From IMG/VR virus record IMGVR_UViG_3300036861_000610, positions 32,001 to 96,000 of that record: DNA of 64,000 nt. The stretch is one strand, 5' to 3'. A program made the position numbers and the translations under genes. Shown one piece after another: positions 9,024 through 17,243 of this stretch. The notes beneath the pieces were generated by a model that worked only from the letters and a program-made list of their open reading frames with translations, was not told the DNA's origin and searched no databases. The stretch comes from a virus. Position 1 is the first letter of the stretch; each line of letters opens with the position of its first letter.

Positions 9024-9542
9024 TCAGGGACTGGGTGCGCACCAACCGTTGCCACGATTTGGTTGCTCGGTCAAGAAATTCTCGCCAGCCTCAAATGCGG
9101 CCAGCACGTCCTCGACCGGTTCGTCTTCTACGAAGAAGTCGTCATCGTCCATGACTTCGCGAAGCGGCCGGCGCCGCCCGTTGACAGCATTCTCCAGCGC
9201 CTTTTTCAGGGCGGCAACCTGCTTTGGATCCGCGTTGATTTCGTCTGTAATCCGTTGACCTTCTCCTCGGCGTAGCTCCTCCAGCTCTTCCTCGCTGTAG
9301 GTCACAGCTTCCGCAGGATTGGCCACGGAAGCCAGCTCCTTCGCCCGCGCCAACAGCGCCTCATCATCCTCGATCAGCGCCAAGCGCTGCAAAATCTCCT
9401 GGCTGTCGGCGATGACGCGTTCGGCCACCTCCCGGAACTTCTCGGCCCGCAGTTCCTCGGCATACGCCGACAGCTTCTCGATACGCGCCTGCGCCGCCTC
9501 AGTGCCGACGAAGGTGGGTTCGACTACAGGTTCTTCAGCCAT
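9024..9542 (-). CDS. acidic helical hypothetical protein
   Basis: Long ORF with consistent codon bias. Confidence 0.6.
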   Translation of the reverse strand: MAEEPVVEPTFVGTEAAQARIEKLSAYAEELRAEKFREVAERVIADSQEILQRLALIEDDEALLARAKELASVANPAEAVTYSEEELEELRRGEGQRITDEINADPKQVAALKKALENAVNGRRRPLREVMDDDDFFVEDEPVEDVLAAFEAGENFLTEQPNRGNGWCAPSP

Positions 9543-10600
9543 GAGCTGATGATGCCGTACGACGCCCCAGCCGTTGGGTGCAATGCCAGATCGTGACCCG
9601 AGGTCGCCACCGTATACACCTTGAAGCTCTTAGCGTGAGCGTAGAACGGAGCCTCGTTTGCCGTCACAGCAGCACCGTCGGCACAGTTGAACACAGCCGG
9701 CTGGTAGCAGAAGATCGCGTCCTCCTGGCCGTTCACTACAAGCACCGGCACAGTGATCTGGTTCGAGATGTTGTCCCCGACCGCCACGTTACGGTCAGCC
9801 AGGAAGCTCAGCAGGCCCGTCAACGACACCAGGTCCTTGTTCTTCTCGTCGAGTGCGATCAGGGCAGGATCCGAGCTAGGGGAGTGGAAACCAGAAGCCC
9901 GCGCCCCAACCCGAGTGGTCAACCACCCGTTGTCCAGTGGCGGGTTCAGGTCCTTGAACTTGTCGTCCTGGTTTGCTGGGTAGTTGCCGGCAGTGACGGC
10001 CGGGTTCGAGGGCCGGTGCAGGTAGCCGGTGAGGATTACCGTGCTGACGTCGGCATACTTCTTCGCCTCGGCCAGGACCACGCCTGAGCCGTAAGAGTGT
10101 CCAACAGAGTTGACCTTCTGGTAGCCCAACGCCCGCACGCCAGACACCAGCTGGTGCAGCACAGCTGCGTCGGAGGCCATGGTGATCTCGGCGCTGGCCA
10201 ACGTGTCGTCAATCGGGTTGGTGCTGGTGCCGTTGCCGACCCGGTCGTAGGCTACCGTGGCACGGCCGTCGGCCAGTGCCCGACCTACGTAGGAGTACAG
10301 GGCCCCGCCGTCAGGCCAGTCCCAGTACGAACGGGTGTAGGTCGAGCCGGCGGTCAGAACATCCACCTCACGGGTCCACCGGAACGGGACGCAGAGGGTG
10401 ACACCCACCTCCCAGGACCGCGGTGCACCATCCGCGGGTGCTACAGGCGCGCCCAGCTTGATGCAGGCGCCCTTGCGTGAGGGATGGGTGTAGAAGGCGA
10501 AGTCGCGGCCCATCGGATGATGGGCCTGGGCAGCAGTAGGTACCAGAACGGCGGCGGCCACGGCCGCCAGCGCTGCCAGTACTGCGAACGTTTTTCTCAC
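9524..10600 (-). CDS. secreted alpha/beta hydrolase
   Basis: Signal peptide ending AQA; GHSYG nucleophile; D and GH triad motifs. Confidence 0.85.
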   Translation of the reverse strand: MRKTFAVLAALAAVAAAVLVPTAAQAHHPMGRDFAFYTHPSRKGACIKLGAPVAPADGAPRSWEVGVTLCVPFRWTREVDVLTAGSTYTRSYWDWPDGGALYSYVGRALADGRATVAYDRVGNGTSTNPIDDTLASAEITMASDAAVLHQLVSGVRALGYQKVNSVGHSYGSGVVLAEAKKYADVSTVILTGYLHRPSNPAVTAGNYPANQDDKFKDLNPPLDNGWLTTRVGARASGFHSPSSDPALIALDEKNKDLVSLTGLLSFLADRNVAVGDNISNQITVPVLVVNGQEDAIFCYQPAVFNCADGAAVTANEAPFYAHAKSFKVYTVATSGHDLALHPTAGASYGIISSWLKNL

Positions 10601-10663
10601 TCCAGGAACCTTCTCTCCAAGAAAAAACGGCCCGGCCAAGTGGCCAGGCCGCGGGGCGGTGCG

Positions 10664-10733
10664 TAGCGAGCCCCGGATTTGAACCGGGCAAGCCGCCCGT
10701 ATGAAAGGCAGCTGGTACCCAAGACCGCTCGCC
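10664..10733 (-). tRNA. tRNA-Met/Ile2(CAT), non-canonical fold
   Basis: 7-bp acceptor, short D arm, 7-bp anticodon stem, 3-nt variable loop. Confidence 0.7.
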
Positions 10734-10739
10734 AAAGGC

Positions 10740-10761
10740 GAGAATCCACAGTGGACAGCAT
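10740..10761 (-). promoter_or_regulatory. 3' arm of long-range stalk complementary to 25024-25046
   Basis: Plus strand GAGAATCCACAGTGGACAGCAT. Confidence 0.7.
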
Positions 10762-10907
10762 TAATGCTCTGGCCGGTAGCGCTCATTGCGACGAGCGCGT
10801 TCCTCTTCCTCGGCGATCTTGTCGTTGCGAGCCTTTTCGTCGTCAAGAACTCGCTGGCGTTCCCGGGCCGCCTCCGCGGCGGCCTCATCGCGTTCCCTAT
10901 CACTCAC
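10761..10907 (-). CDS. small charged helical peptide
   Basis: MSDRERDEAAAEAARERQRVLDDEK... 48 aa. Confidence 0.4.
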   Translation of the reverse strand: MSDRERDEAAAEAARERQRVLDDEKARNDKIAEEEERARRNERYRPEH

Positions 10908-10908
10908 G

Positions 10909-10984
10909 AGCCGCAGGGGGGAGTCGAACCCCAAGTTTTACAGGTTTTGCAGACCTGCCGCTGCGCCGGCAACGACCCCACGGC
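10909..10984 (-). tRNA. tRNA-Cys(GCA), 8/4 Sec-like fold
   Basis: 8-bp acceptor, U73, 6-bp D stem with 4-nt loop, 6-bp anticodon stem, 4-bp T stem. Confidence 0.75.
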
Positions 10985-11004
10985 CTAATCTGACCCAACT
11001 GGGT

Positions 11005-11175
11005 TCAGATCGCTGACTGGAAGCCAGCAACAATGCCTGACGAATCATCATCGTTTTTAGCTACTCGCTTCATGATCGAAGCAAGCACCGGATTGATGTC
11101 CCCCAGAAACTCGATCAGGTTCAGGTCGGTCAAATCTGGTAGGGCGTCTGCGTCAACGCCACCATCGGTGCTCAC
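11005..11175 (-). CDS. fxsA: FxSxx-COOH (FxsA-like) RiPP precursor peptide
   Basis: LPDLTDLNL...PVLASIMKRV...VAGFQSAI-stop; FxSxx C-terminus. Confidence 0.75.
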   Translation of the reverse strand: MSTDGGVDADALPDLTDLNLIEFLGDINPVLASIMKRVAKNDDDSSGIVAGFQSAI

Positions 11176-11228
11176 CGTCGCTGCCTTTCCTTTATTCAAT
11201 GTGTACCCATTCGCTTAATAATGGAGTG

Positions 11229-11300
11229 TACCCCTGGGGAGAATCGAACTCCCGCCCCGGCCTCCGGAGGACCATGCTCTATCCACTGAGCTACAGGGGT
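11229..11300 (-). tRNA. tRNA-Arg(CCG)
   Basis: Cloverleaf, loop CTCCGGA. Confidence 0.88.
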
Positions 11301-11340
11301 GAACCTGCGAAGACAAGTCCCCTAGGACTAAGCTCGCAGT

Positions 11341-11937
11341 ATGCCAAATCATCGTTCCTACACCGATGAACAACTTGAGATGGCCATTGCCTCCGCGGTC
11401 TGTTGGTCAGACGTTATGGAGTATCTGGGAAAATCCCGATCGGCAAACCCAAGGTTCGTAAAAGAGGTCGCGGCTCGACTGAAGCTCGACACGGCCCATT
11501 TCCGGAATCCGGCCCAAGTCTTCAGAACCTCGGCCTTTCCGCCTTCGTCGGAGGTGGCCAAGGGTCATGCCGGTTTAGGTGTGGCGATTGCCTGGTTCAT
11601 GAGCCGGGGGTACATGGTTCTTTTACCGATAGAGCAATCACCCTACGACCTGGTAATCGATACTGTCGATGGGTTCAAAAAGATTCAGGTGAAATCGAGC
11701 CAGAGGTCGGTTGAACCCCGACAGCGACGTGCAGTTAGATTGACCCGAAGGCTGTATGACTCTTCGGTGCCCGCAAACGCAAATGGAACTTATCGAATGG
11801 TTCAATACAAGGCCCATGAGGTTGACTACTTCTTCATCATCGTGGGCGATGGCCGCACCTATCTCATACCCTTTGAAGCTGTTCGCGACAAGTCTTCGAT
11901 CGTGCCCGAAGACAAGTATCAAGACTTTATGGTTTAG
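11341..11937 (+). CDS. PD-(D/E)XK homing-type endonuclease
   Basis: PYDLVID...KIQVKS...VDYF; opposite strand to the array. Confidence 0.85.
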   Translation: MPNHRSYTDEQLEMAIASAVCWSDVMEYLGKSRSANPRFVKEVAARLKLDTAHFRNPAQVFRTSAFPPSSEVAKGHAGLGVAIAWFMSRGYMVLLPIEQSPYDLVIDTVDGFKKIQVKSSQRSVEPRQRRAVRLTRRLYDSSVPANANGTYRMVQYKAHEVDYFFIIVGDGRTYLIPFEAVRDKSSIVPEDKYQDFMV

Positions 11938-12463
11938 GCCTTAGACCTATGTCAAGGTCCAAGACTATCGACTTCACCTGCTCGCACAACCGGCGACGGG
12001 ACATCCGACCTGGGTCCAGCACAATCCCTGTCCGCTGAGCCCGCACCGATTTCCGGAGCAAGTCCCGCAGGCGCAGGTTGTACTGCGTAAGCCACTGAAC
12101 GTCGTCCGGTCGGTAGTGCCCGATCCTGGCCTCCAGACGCTTCTTCACGTTGGCAACCGACACATCGATCAAGACGAAGTGCACCGGCACATCCTCTGGA
12201 AACGCTCCAGATTCGATCGCCTCATGCGGCTTGGTAATCCCGCAGACGACCGTTGACTTCCCCTCCCGGGCGCGGACTGCAGCCTCATGCAGCAGCAGCT
12301 CCACTCGGAAGATTCGCCAGGGGCCTGTGCCGGCCGCCGGGATGCCGTCCTCGTCAATGTCGTGGAACTCGACGTCGGCAAGGTCCGGATCCTTGCGCAG
12401 TGCCTCAAACACCGTGGTCTTGCCGGCAGTGCTCACGCCCGTAATGAAGATGATGCTGGCCAT
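11927..12463 (-). CDS. P-loop nucleotide/polynucleotide kinase-like protein
   Basis: IIFITGVSTAGKTT Walker A; DIDE; KKRLEAR lid. Confidence 0.8.
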   Translation of the reverse strand: MASIIFITGVSTAGKTTVFEALRKDPDLADVEFHDIDEDGIPAAGTGPWRIFRVELLLHEAAVRAREGKSTVVCGITKPHEAIESGAFPEDVPVHFVLIDVSVANVKKRLEARIGHYRPDDVQWLTQYNLRLRDLLRKSVRAQRTGIVLDPGRMSRRRLCEQVKSIVLDLDIGLRPKP

Positions 12464-12464
12464 G

Positions 12465-12537
12465 CGTCCTCGACTGGATTCGAACCAGCAACCTGCGGCT
12501 TCGGAAACCGCCACTCTCTCCGTTGAGCTACGAGGAC
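12465..12537 (-). tRNA. tRNA-Arg(CCG)
   Basis: Cloverleaf, loop TTCCGAA. Confidence 0.88.
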
Positions 12538-12538
12538 T

Positions 12539-12614
12539 TGGGGTGACTGGCCGGAGTCAAACCGGCGTATCCGGGTTCACAGCCCAGCGCTCTAATTCGT
12601 TGAGCTACAGCCAC
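12539..12614 (-). tRNA. tRNA-His(GTG)
   Basis: Loop CTGTGAA, C73, encoded CCA. Confidence 0.85.
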
Positions 12615-12616
12615 AG

Positions 12617-12700
12617 TGGGAGCGGAGGGACTCGAACCCCCTAAGCAATTACGCAACCGGGTTACAGCCGGCCCCACCTCACCATCGGTGGCGCGCTCCC
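12617..12700 (-). tRNA. tRNA-Tyr(GTA)
   Basis: Loop CTGTAAC, long variable arm. Confidence 0.88.
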
Positions 12701-12708
12701 ATAGGCAG

Positions 12709-13209
12709 CTAATGCTGCCGCAACTCCTTGCGCCAATCAGTCTGGCGCAACACTTCCCAGCCGTCCGCATCGAGCAGAGGCTCATCCCAGCACAAGTCCA
12801 GACACTGGGTGAAGGCGCTGTCCAACTCCTCCTGCGAATCGAAGGCGCTGTCGTCCTCCTCCGAGAACTGAACTCCGAACCCGCGGCCAAGCCACAGGTT
12901 GGGCAGCTCCTCGTCCCGGGCGCCGGCCTCGTAGGCCTCGTGCCATTCGTCCATCGTGGTCCGAGGGTCGTTGGCGGGCAGCAGCTCAGCCTCAAACCAG
13001 TCCGGCCCCAACGCCACAGACGCCCAGCCGTGCCGGTAACGGAAGTAGAACACCCGGCCGTCGGTCAATACGCCCCAGTGCTGCACTGGGCACCAGCCCC
13101 CGCCGTGGGAGGTGGCTACCCGCGGGTCGTTGAGACTGTTCTCCTGGCCAGGTTCGCGGCGCAGAAGCTCCTCCCAGGTGGAGGGAAACCACTTCGGGAT
13201 CTCCGCCAT
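12709..13209 (-). CDS. acidic Trp-rich hypothetical protein
   Basis: GGAGAGGG SD; CPVQHWG...FYFRYRHGW. Confidence 0.75.
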   Translation of the reverse strand: MAEIPKWFPSTWEELLRREPGQENSLNDPRVATSHGGGWCPVQHWGVLTDGRVFYFRYRHGWASVALGPDWFEAELLPANDPRTTMDEWHEAYEAGARDEELPNLWLGRGFGVQFSEEDDSAFDSQEELDSAFTQCLDLCWDEPLLDADGWEVLRQTDWRKELRQH

Positions 13210-13232
13210 GCTGTTGCCCTCCTCCAGGAAGA

Positions 13233-13406
13233 TCAGACCGTGCCTTTACCACCACAGTTGCCGCAAGCCTTGTGGGCTCGACCACTGCCGCCACAGCCGC
13301 CGCAGGTTGTGCGACTACTTCCACTCCCAACCTGGCCCTGACCTCTGCAGGCGGGACAGGTGTCCATCTTGCCGCCAGAACCGCCGCATGCACTACACGT
13401 AGCCAT
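13233..13406 (-). CDS. DnaJ-type zinc-finger microprotein 1
   Basis: Four CxxCxGxG repeats in 57 aa. Confidence 0.8.
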   Translation of the reverse strand: MATCSACGGSGGKMDTCPACRGQGQVGSGSSRTTCGGCGGSGRAHKACGNCGGKGTV

Positions 13407-13431
13407 GTTGGCCTTTCCTGAGGGGGAAAAG

Positions 13432-13529
13432 TTGACTGACGACAGGAATCGAACCTGCATAGATGTCATCTCGCACGAGGCATCGTTACCGGGCTCAGGG
13501 ATCCTGCGTGCGCAGTCAAACCCCTTCCT
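13432..13529 (-). ncRNA. degenerate tRNA-like element
   Basis: TTGACTG/CAGTCAA ends; T-arm GCAGG-TTCGATT-CCTGT; no canonical D or anticodon arm. Confidence 0.45.
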
Positions 13530-13567
13530 CCGGCTCCAGGCCATCTGGGACCATCAGCCAACAATCG

Positions 13568-13642
13568 GGTGACCGAGGGGCCACGATCCCCCCGCCTCCG
13601 GATCCACAGTCCGGCGCTCTACCAAGATGAGCTACGGCCACC
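13568..13642 (-). tRNA. tRNA-His(GTG)
   Basis: G-1:C73, loop CTGTGGA, atypical T loop. Confidence 0.82.
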
Positions 13643-13742
13643 AGGACGGGAAGCGCTTCCCGTACGGCCTGTCACAGCTTCTCGTCCCCCGCCCCCGGCC
13701 GCCCGGAGAGAGGCTTACCCCGGGATTTCACCGGGAGCCGAG

Positions 13743-13815
13743 TAGGTACGGAAGGACTCGAACCTTCGGTCACCGTGGTGTGAACACGGGGCTTTTGCCG
13801 CTAAGCTACGCACCC
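13743..13815 (-). tRNA. tRNA-Val(CAC)
   Basis: Loop TTCACAC. Confidence 0.88.
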
Positions 13816-13826
13816 ATTGAATTACG

Positions 13827-13895
13827 TACCCCATGTGGGAATCGAACCCACTCAGCCGATTTATAAGGACGGCGCCCTCAACCAAAGAATGGGGC
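13827..13895 (-). tRNA. tRNA-Ile(TAT), non-canonical fold
   Basis: Loop CTTATAA, short D arm, mismatched anticodon stem. Confidence 0.6.
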
Positions 13896-13905
13896 ATAGG
13901 GAAAG

Positions 13906-13978
13906 CTGAGACGTCCAGATTCGAACTGGAATTTTCCGGTTAACGGCCGGATGTCGTGCCGAGTTGGACCACGCCTCA
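13906..13978 (-). tRNA. tRNA-Asn(GTT)
   Basis: Loop CCGTTAA. Confidence 0.82.
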
Positions 13979-13997
13979 AAGACATTGATACATGTCG

Positions 13998-14070
13998 CTC
14001 CCTGACTTGGATTCGAACCAAGGACAAGCCGATTAACAATCGGCGACTCTGCCAACTGAGCTACCAGGGA
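13998..14070 (-). tRNA. tRNA-Asn(GTT)
   Basis: Loop TTGTTAA. Confidence 0.9.
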
Positions 14071-14154
14071 ATGATGGCGGCCATTTGCGCCAAACAAATG
14101 GCCGCCGTGCGTTTTCGCCTACCAGAGCGACCTTCCCGAAGGAGGGTCAACGCG

Positions 14155-14227
14155 TAGTCCCAACGGGATTCGAACCCGCGCCGCCGGCTTGAAAGGCCAG
14201 TATCCTGGACCGCTAGATGATGGGACC
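14155..14227 (-). tRNA. tRNA-Glu(TTC)
   Basis: Loop CTTTCAA. Confidence 0.9.
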
Positions 14228-14348
14228 TAAAGTGGCGCGCCTAGTCTTCGCAGAGTTGGACCCAGTGGCTCGGGCTTTACCTGTGACCCTGGCGCGCCAA
14301 CGCCCCCAGACCTCAGGACTTTTCCCTATCCCCCTTTGAAGACTTGCG

Positions 14349-14423
14349 TACCCGCAGAGGGAGTTGAACCCCCGAACCTTCTCCGTGTCATAGAGATGCT
14401 CTACCAAGCTGAGCTATACGGGC
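14349..14423 (-). tRNA. tRNA-Val(GAC)
   Basis: Loop ATGACAC. Confidence 0.88.
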
Positions 14424-14517
14424 ATGGTGAAGTCGCAAAACCTGACCCTTTTGCGCGGTGCGCTGCCGTCCAGCAAAGGTGACAACCTTGCGGCCATCTG
14501 TGGTTGCTGGAACCCCG

Positions 14518-14593
14518 TGGCGGGAGCCGGATTTGAACCGACGATCTCAGGATTATGAGCCCTGTGGGGACGACCTAACTCCCCTACCCCGCT
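14518..14593 (-). tRNA. tRNA-fMet(CAT)
   Basis: 1:72 mismatch, GGG-CTCATAA. Confidence 0.85.
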
Positions 14594-14595
14594 AG

Positions 14596-14669
<74 letters not shown>

Positions 14670-14689
14670 TCGCGTTTGTTGCTGCTGCC

Positions 14690-14719
14690 ACCCTACCCCG
14701 GGAGGGGGTGTGGTGGCAA
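14690..14719 (-). promoter_or_regulatory. internal promoter before fMet tRNAs
   Basis: TTGCCA-18nt-TAGGGT overlapping ACCCTACCCCGGGA. Confidence 0.5.
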
Positions 14720-14722
14720 CCG

Positions 14723-14798
14723 TACTCCGGGAGGGATTCGAACCCCCGATTTTTGCTGATTAAAAGTCAGGCCCAATTGACCGCTCTGGCACCGGAGT
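14723..14798 (-). tRNA. tRNA-Lys(TTT)
   Basis: Loop CTTTTAA. Confidence 0.85.
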
Positions 14799-14813
14799 GT
14801 GTAGTAGGTGAAG

Positions 14814-14888
14814 TAGGTCGGGTGGGATTCGAACCCACGTAACTCTGCTTAAGAGGCAGGCCTATAACCAGGCTTTAGGTACCGACCT
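14814..14888 (-). tRNA. tRNA-Lys(CTT)
   Basis: Loop CTCTTAA. Confidence 0.85.
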
Positions 14889-14926
14889 ATATGGACCTGC
14901 GCCGTAGTGCGACCCGTCGCAAGTCC

Positions 14927-14999
14927 TGGCGCCCCACCCGGGATTCGAACCCGGAACGCCAAGCTTAGAAGGCCCGGCTGTGTATCCGACACGAGAGGC
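14927..14999 (-). tRNA. tRNA-Arg(TCT), non-canonical fold
   Basis: No 8-9 linker, GTGT/ACAC D stem, 7-bp anticodon stem, GCCA end. Confidence 0.75.
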
Positions 15000-15006
15000 T
15001 TTAAGC

Positions 15007-15116
15007 CCTTCAAGAACCCCTACCCCCGGCTCTCTGCTCGGACTTTCACCGAAGAGTACATCCCCTCTGACCTTGCGGCCGTGGGACTGTTCCGGGAGTG
15101 CGAGGGTCCTTGAAGG
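15007..15116 (-). ncRNA. unassigned structured RNA
   Basis: Closing stem CCTTCAAGGACCCT/GGGGTTCTTGAAGG; internal GGCC-GCAA-GGTC and CGGTGAAAGTCCG. Confidence 0.5.
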
Positions 15117-15119
15117 TTG

Positions 15120-15193
15120 TGCCCCGTACGGAATTCGAACCCGCGCTCACAGGGCTTTAGAGGCCCCGGCTCTGACCGCTGAGCTAACGAGAC
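15120..15193 (-). tRNA. tRNA with CTA anticodon (amber suppressor candidate)
   Basis: GGGGC-CTCTAAA-GCCCT in a full cloverleaf. Confidence 0.85.
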
Positions 15194-15375
15194 TCACTGG
15201 GTCCATGAACGGTGATTGTAGACGAATCTCCATCTCTTTGGCTGGAGTAGGCAGTAACGGTGACCTTGGCGCTATCGGGTATACCTGCCCGCTCCGCTTG
15301 CTCAATGAGCCAACGCAGGTCCCCCAAGGCAATGGGGTTCGAGACGGTGAAGGTATTGGTTCGATTTCTGGGCAC
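15184..15375 (-). CDS. small hypothetical protein
   Basis: ORF fills the inter-tRNA gap (VPRNRTNTFTVSNPIALGDLRWLIEQ...). Confidence 0.4.
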   Translation of the reverse strand: MPRNRTNTFTVSNPIALGDLRWLIEQAERAGIPDSAKVTVTAYSSQRDGDSSTITVHGPSESR

Positions 15376-15376
15376 G

Positions 15377-15451
15377 TACTTCGGGTGGGATTCGAACCCA
15401 CGATTTTCCTGATTAAGAGTCAGGTCCAATTGGCCGCTCTGGCACCGAAGC
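15377..15451 (-). tRNA. tRNA-Lys(CTT)
   Basis: Loop CTCTTAA; body resembles 14723-14798. Confidence 0.88.
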
Positions 15452-15467
15452 ATTTCTCTCACTTGCG

Positions 15468-15556
15468 CGGAGACGGGGAGAGTCGAACTCCCACGGGATT
15501 TTCAGGCCCCACACTGTTTTCAAGACAGCTGCCGGCGCCCATCGGCTGGCGTCTCC
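15468..15556 (-). tRNA. tRNA-Ser(TGA)
   Basis: Loop CTTGAAA, long variable arm, G73. Confidence 0.88.
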
Positions 15557-15688
15557 ATAGTCTTGCTGCAGCGGCAATTTTCGTCGCCGCACGGTTCCAG
15601 GTTCGCCCCGCCCCATGGATTGTCTCCCGGGTCGAGGAGGTCCTTGTCGAGTGACTCCAAAATTGCGTCCACGTCGATTGGTTTCACG

Positions 15689-15775
15689 CGGAAGGCGCGA
15701 GATTCGAACTCGCGGCGGCTTTTACCCCGCACCCGCTTTCCAGACGGGCTCCCATAACCAACTGGGGCGCCTTCC
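15689..15775 (-). tRNA. tRNA-Ser(GGA)
   Basis: Loop CTGGAAA, long variable arm. Confidence 0.88.
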
Positions 15776-15852
15776 AGGCTTGGCTTCTCATTTTTACCGA
15801 GCTGAGAAACCTCCGTGCAGCACACTCCTTTGGGGAGCCACGGGAAACCCGC

Positions 15853-16011
15853 TCATCGGAAATGCCAGCCGAACCCCTCGGGGCACTCGAACACTTCCTT
15901 GTTCTTCGGGTACTGCTTCACCTTGTCCTGCACCTGGGCGAGGATTCGGTAGCCAACCAGCCGGCAGGTGTGACACCAGTACCGGTCCCTGTCACGTTTC
16001 TGCCTGGTCAC
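15853..16011 (-). CDS. small Zn-binding protein (CHTC...CPEGFGWH)
   Basis: 52-aa ORF by manual translation. Confidence 0.5.
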   Translation of the reverse strand: MTRQKRDRDRYWCHTCRLVGYRILAQVQDKVKQYPKNKEVFECPEGFGWHFR

Positions 16012-16012
16012 G

Positions 16013-16098
16013 CGGAAGACCGGGGACTCGAACCCCGAACGGTTTTTAGGCCGTTACACGCTTTCGAAGCGTGCTCCTCATCCAGCCGGATGCCTTCC
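16013..16098 (-). tRNA. tRNA-Ser(CGA)
   Basis: Loop TTCGAAA, long variable arm. Confidence 0.88.
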
Positions 16099-16190
16099 AA
16101 CGTGGTCCCCCCGCCCCCAAAGCAGAGGGACCACCTTCCCTGGATGCCCGCTCGGACAAACGGTTCCACAGGGGGCTTGAGGGGGAGTAT

Positions 16191-16352
16191 CTACCCCGTT
16201 TTTCCTGAGCCGCGGCAGGTGCCACAAGTCTTACGACCGCCACCACCGCAGGTACCACAGCGAAGAGCATCCGTTCGGCCCGAACGGCCGGTACCACTAC
16301 AGGTGCCGCACGTAACCGTCCCAACACCGCCACAGGTGCCACAGTTTGCCAC
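16191..16352 (-). CDS. DnaJ-type zinc-finger microprotein 2
   Basis: GAGGAG SD; MANCGTCGGVGTVTCGTCSGTG...CGTCGGGG..CGTCRGSG, 53 aa; not in ORF track. Confidence 0.8.
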   Translation of the reverse strand: MANCGTCGGVGTVTCGTCSGTGRSGRTDALRCGTCGGGGRKTCGTCRGSGKTG

Positions 16353-16381
16353 TGATCATTCTCCTCTTTGAGTCCGATACG

Positions 16382-16456
16382 TCTGGGTAACAGGATTTGA
16401 ACCTGCGGGCCTCCGCGTCCCGAACGCGGCGCTCTACCAAACTGAGCTATACCCAG
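16382..16456 (-). tRNA. tRNA-Pro(CGG)
   Basis: Loop TTCGGGA. Confidence 0.9.
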
Positions 16457-16512
16457 AATTCCCCCGCCAGGAGGCCCCGGAAGCGGAGGATCTGCTACCA
16501 GTTGCAGCAGAG

Positions 16513-16587
16513 TCGGGATGACAGGATTTGAACCTGCGAACCTCCTGACCCCCAGTCAGGCGCGCTACCAAACTGCGCTACACCCCG
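16513..16587 (-). tRNA. tRNA-Pro(GGG)
   Basis: Loop CTGGGGG. Confidence 0.9.
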
Positions 16588-16737
16588 ATAAGCCTCAAGA
16601 ATAAGGCTCCTTGCCGCGGATCTCGTAATACAGGGCCCGGAGTACTGCCCGCACCGGATCCAGGCCGACGTGCCGGCGGTAGTGCCGGAACGAGTCCTGC
16701 AGTGCCCACCAACGGCTAACGTTACGACCCCTCATGG

Positions 16738-16974
16738 CTAGAACTCCACGTAGAAGGTATCTCCTCGTTTGACACCGTACGGCGCCCAGACTACGTCGTG
16801 GAAGTCCCGCGCCCTGACGACGTTGCCGACGAGCTTGTTGTCGAACAGGAGCAGGTTGCCGCAGATCTGACAGTCCGTGCTCGCGCCGGCCAGCTGGTCG
16901 GCGCTGTAGGTGCTGTTGTACTGGTGGCCGCAGTCGGTAACGATGACCGTGCCGCCGTTGCCGTTGACCTTCAT
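16738..16974 (-). CDS. small Zn-ribbon protein
   Basis: GGAGGAG SD; CGH...CQIC. Confidence 0.65.
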   Translation of the reverse strand: MKVNGNGGTVIVTDCGHQYNSTYSADQLAGASTDCQICGNLLLFDNKLVGNVVRARDFHDVVWAPYGVKRGDTFYVEF

Positions 16975-16993
16975 CGCGCTCCTCCAGGAAACG

Positions 16994-17066
16994 ACCCTAC
17001 GACTGGATTCGAACCAGCAAACCTCTTCGTTCATAGCGAAGTGCTCTTCCGTTGAGCTACGTAGGG
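16994..17066 (-). tRNA. tRNA with ATG anticodon (His-like)
   Basis: CTTCG-CTATGAA-CGAAG; U73, no G-1. Confidence 0.78.
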
Positions 17067-17069
17067 AAG

Positions 17070-17143
17070 CGCCCACAGAGGGATTCGAACCCCCGACCTT
17101 TGGTTCCGTAGACCAACGCTGCTATCCGCTGAGCTATGTGGGC
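17070..17143 (-). tRNA. tRNA-Arg(ACG)
   Basis: Loop CTACGGA. Confidence 0.9.
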
Positions 17144-17243
17144 ATATCTGTGAACCTGGACCCCGTGGTCCAGGTTCACCTTTCCGATGAGGAATTCGGT
17201 GGCAGCCGCTTTATCGATGGAGTTGGCCTCGTCGGCCTGGCGG

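Noticed and set aside
15120-15193. Pyrrolysine system
   Set aside because: The CUA tRNA has a canonical D loop and 5-bp anticodon stem; no pylS/BCD in the window
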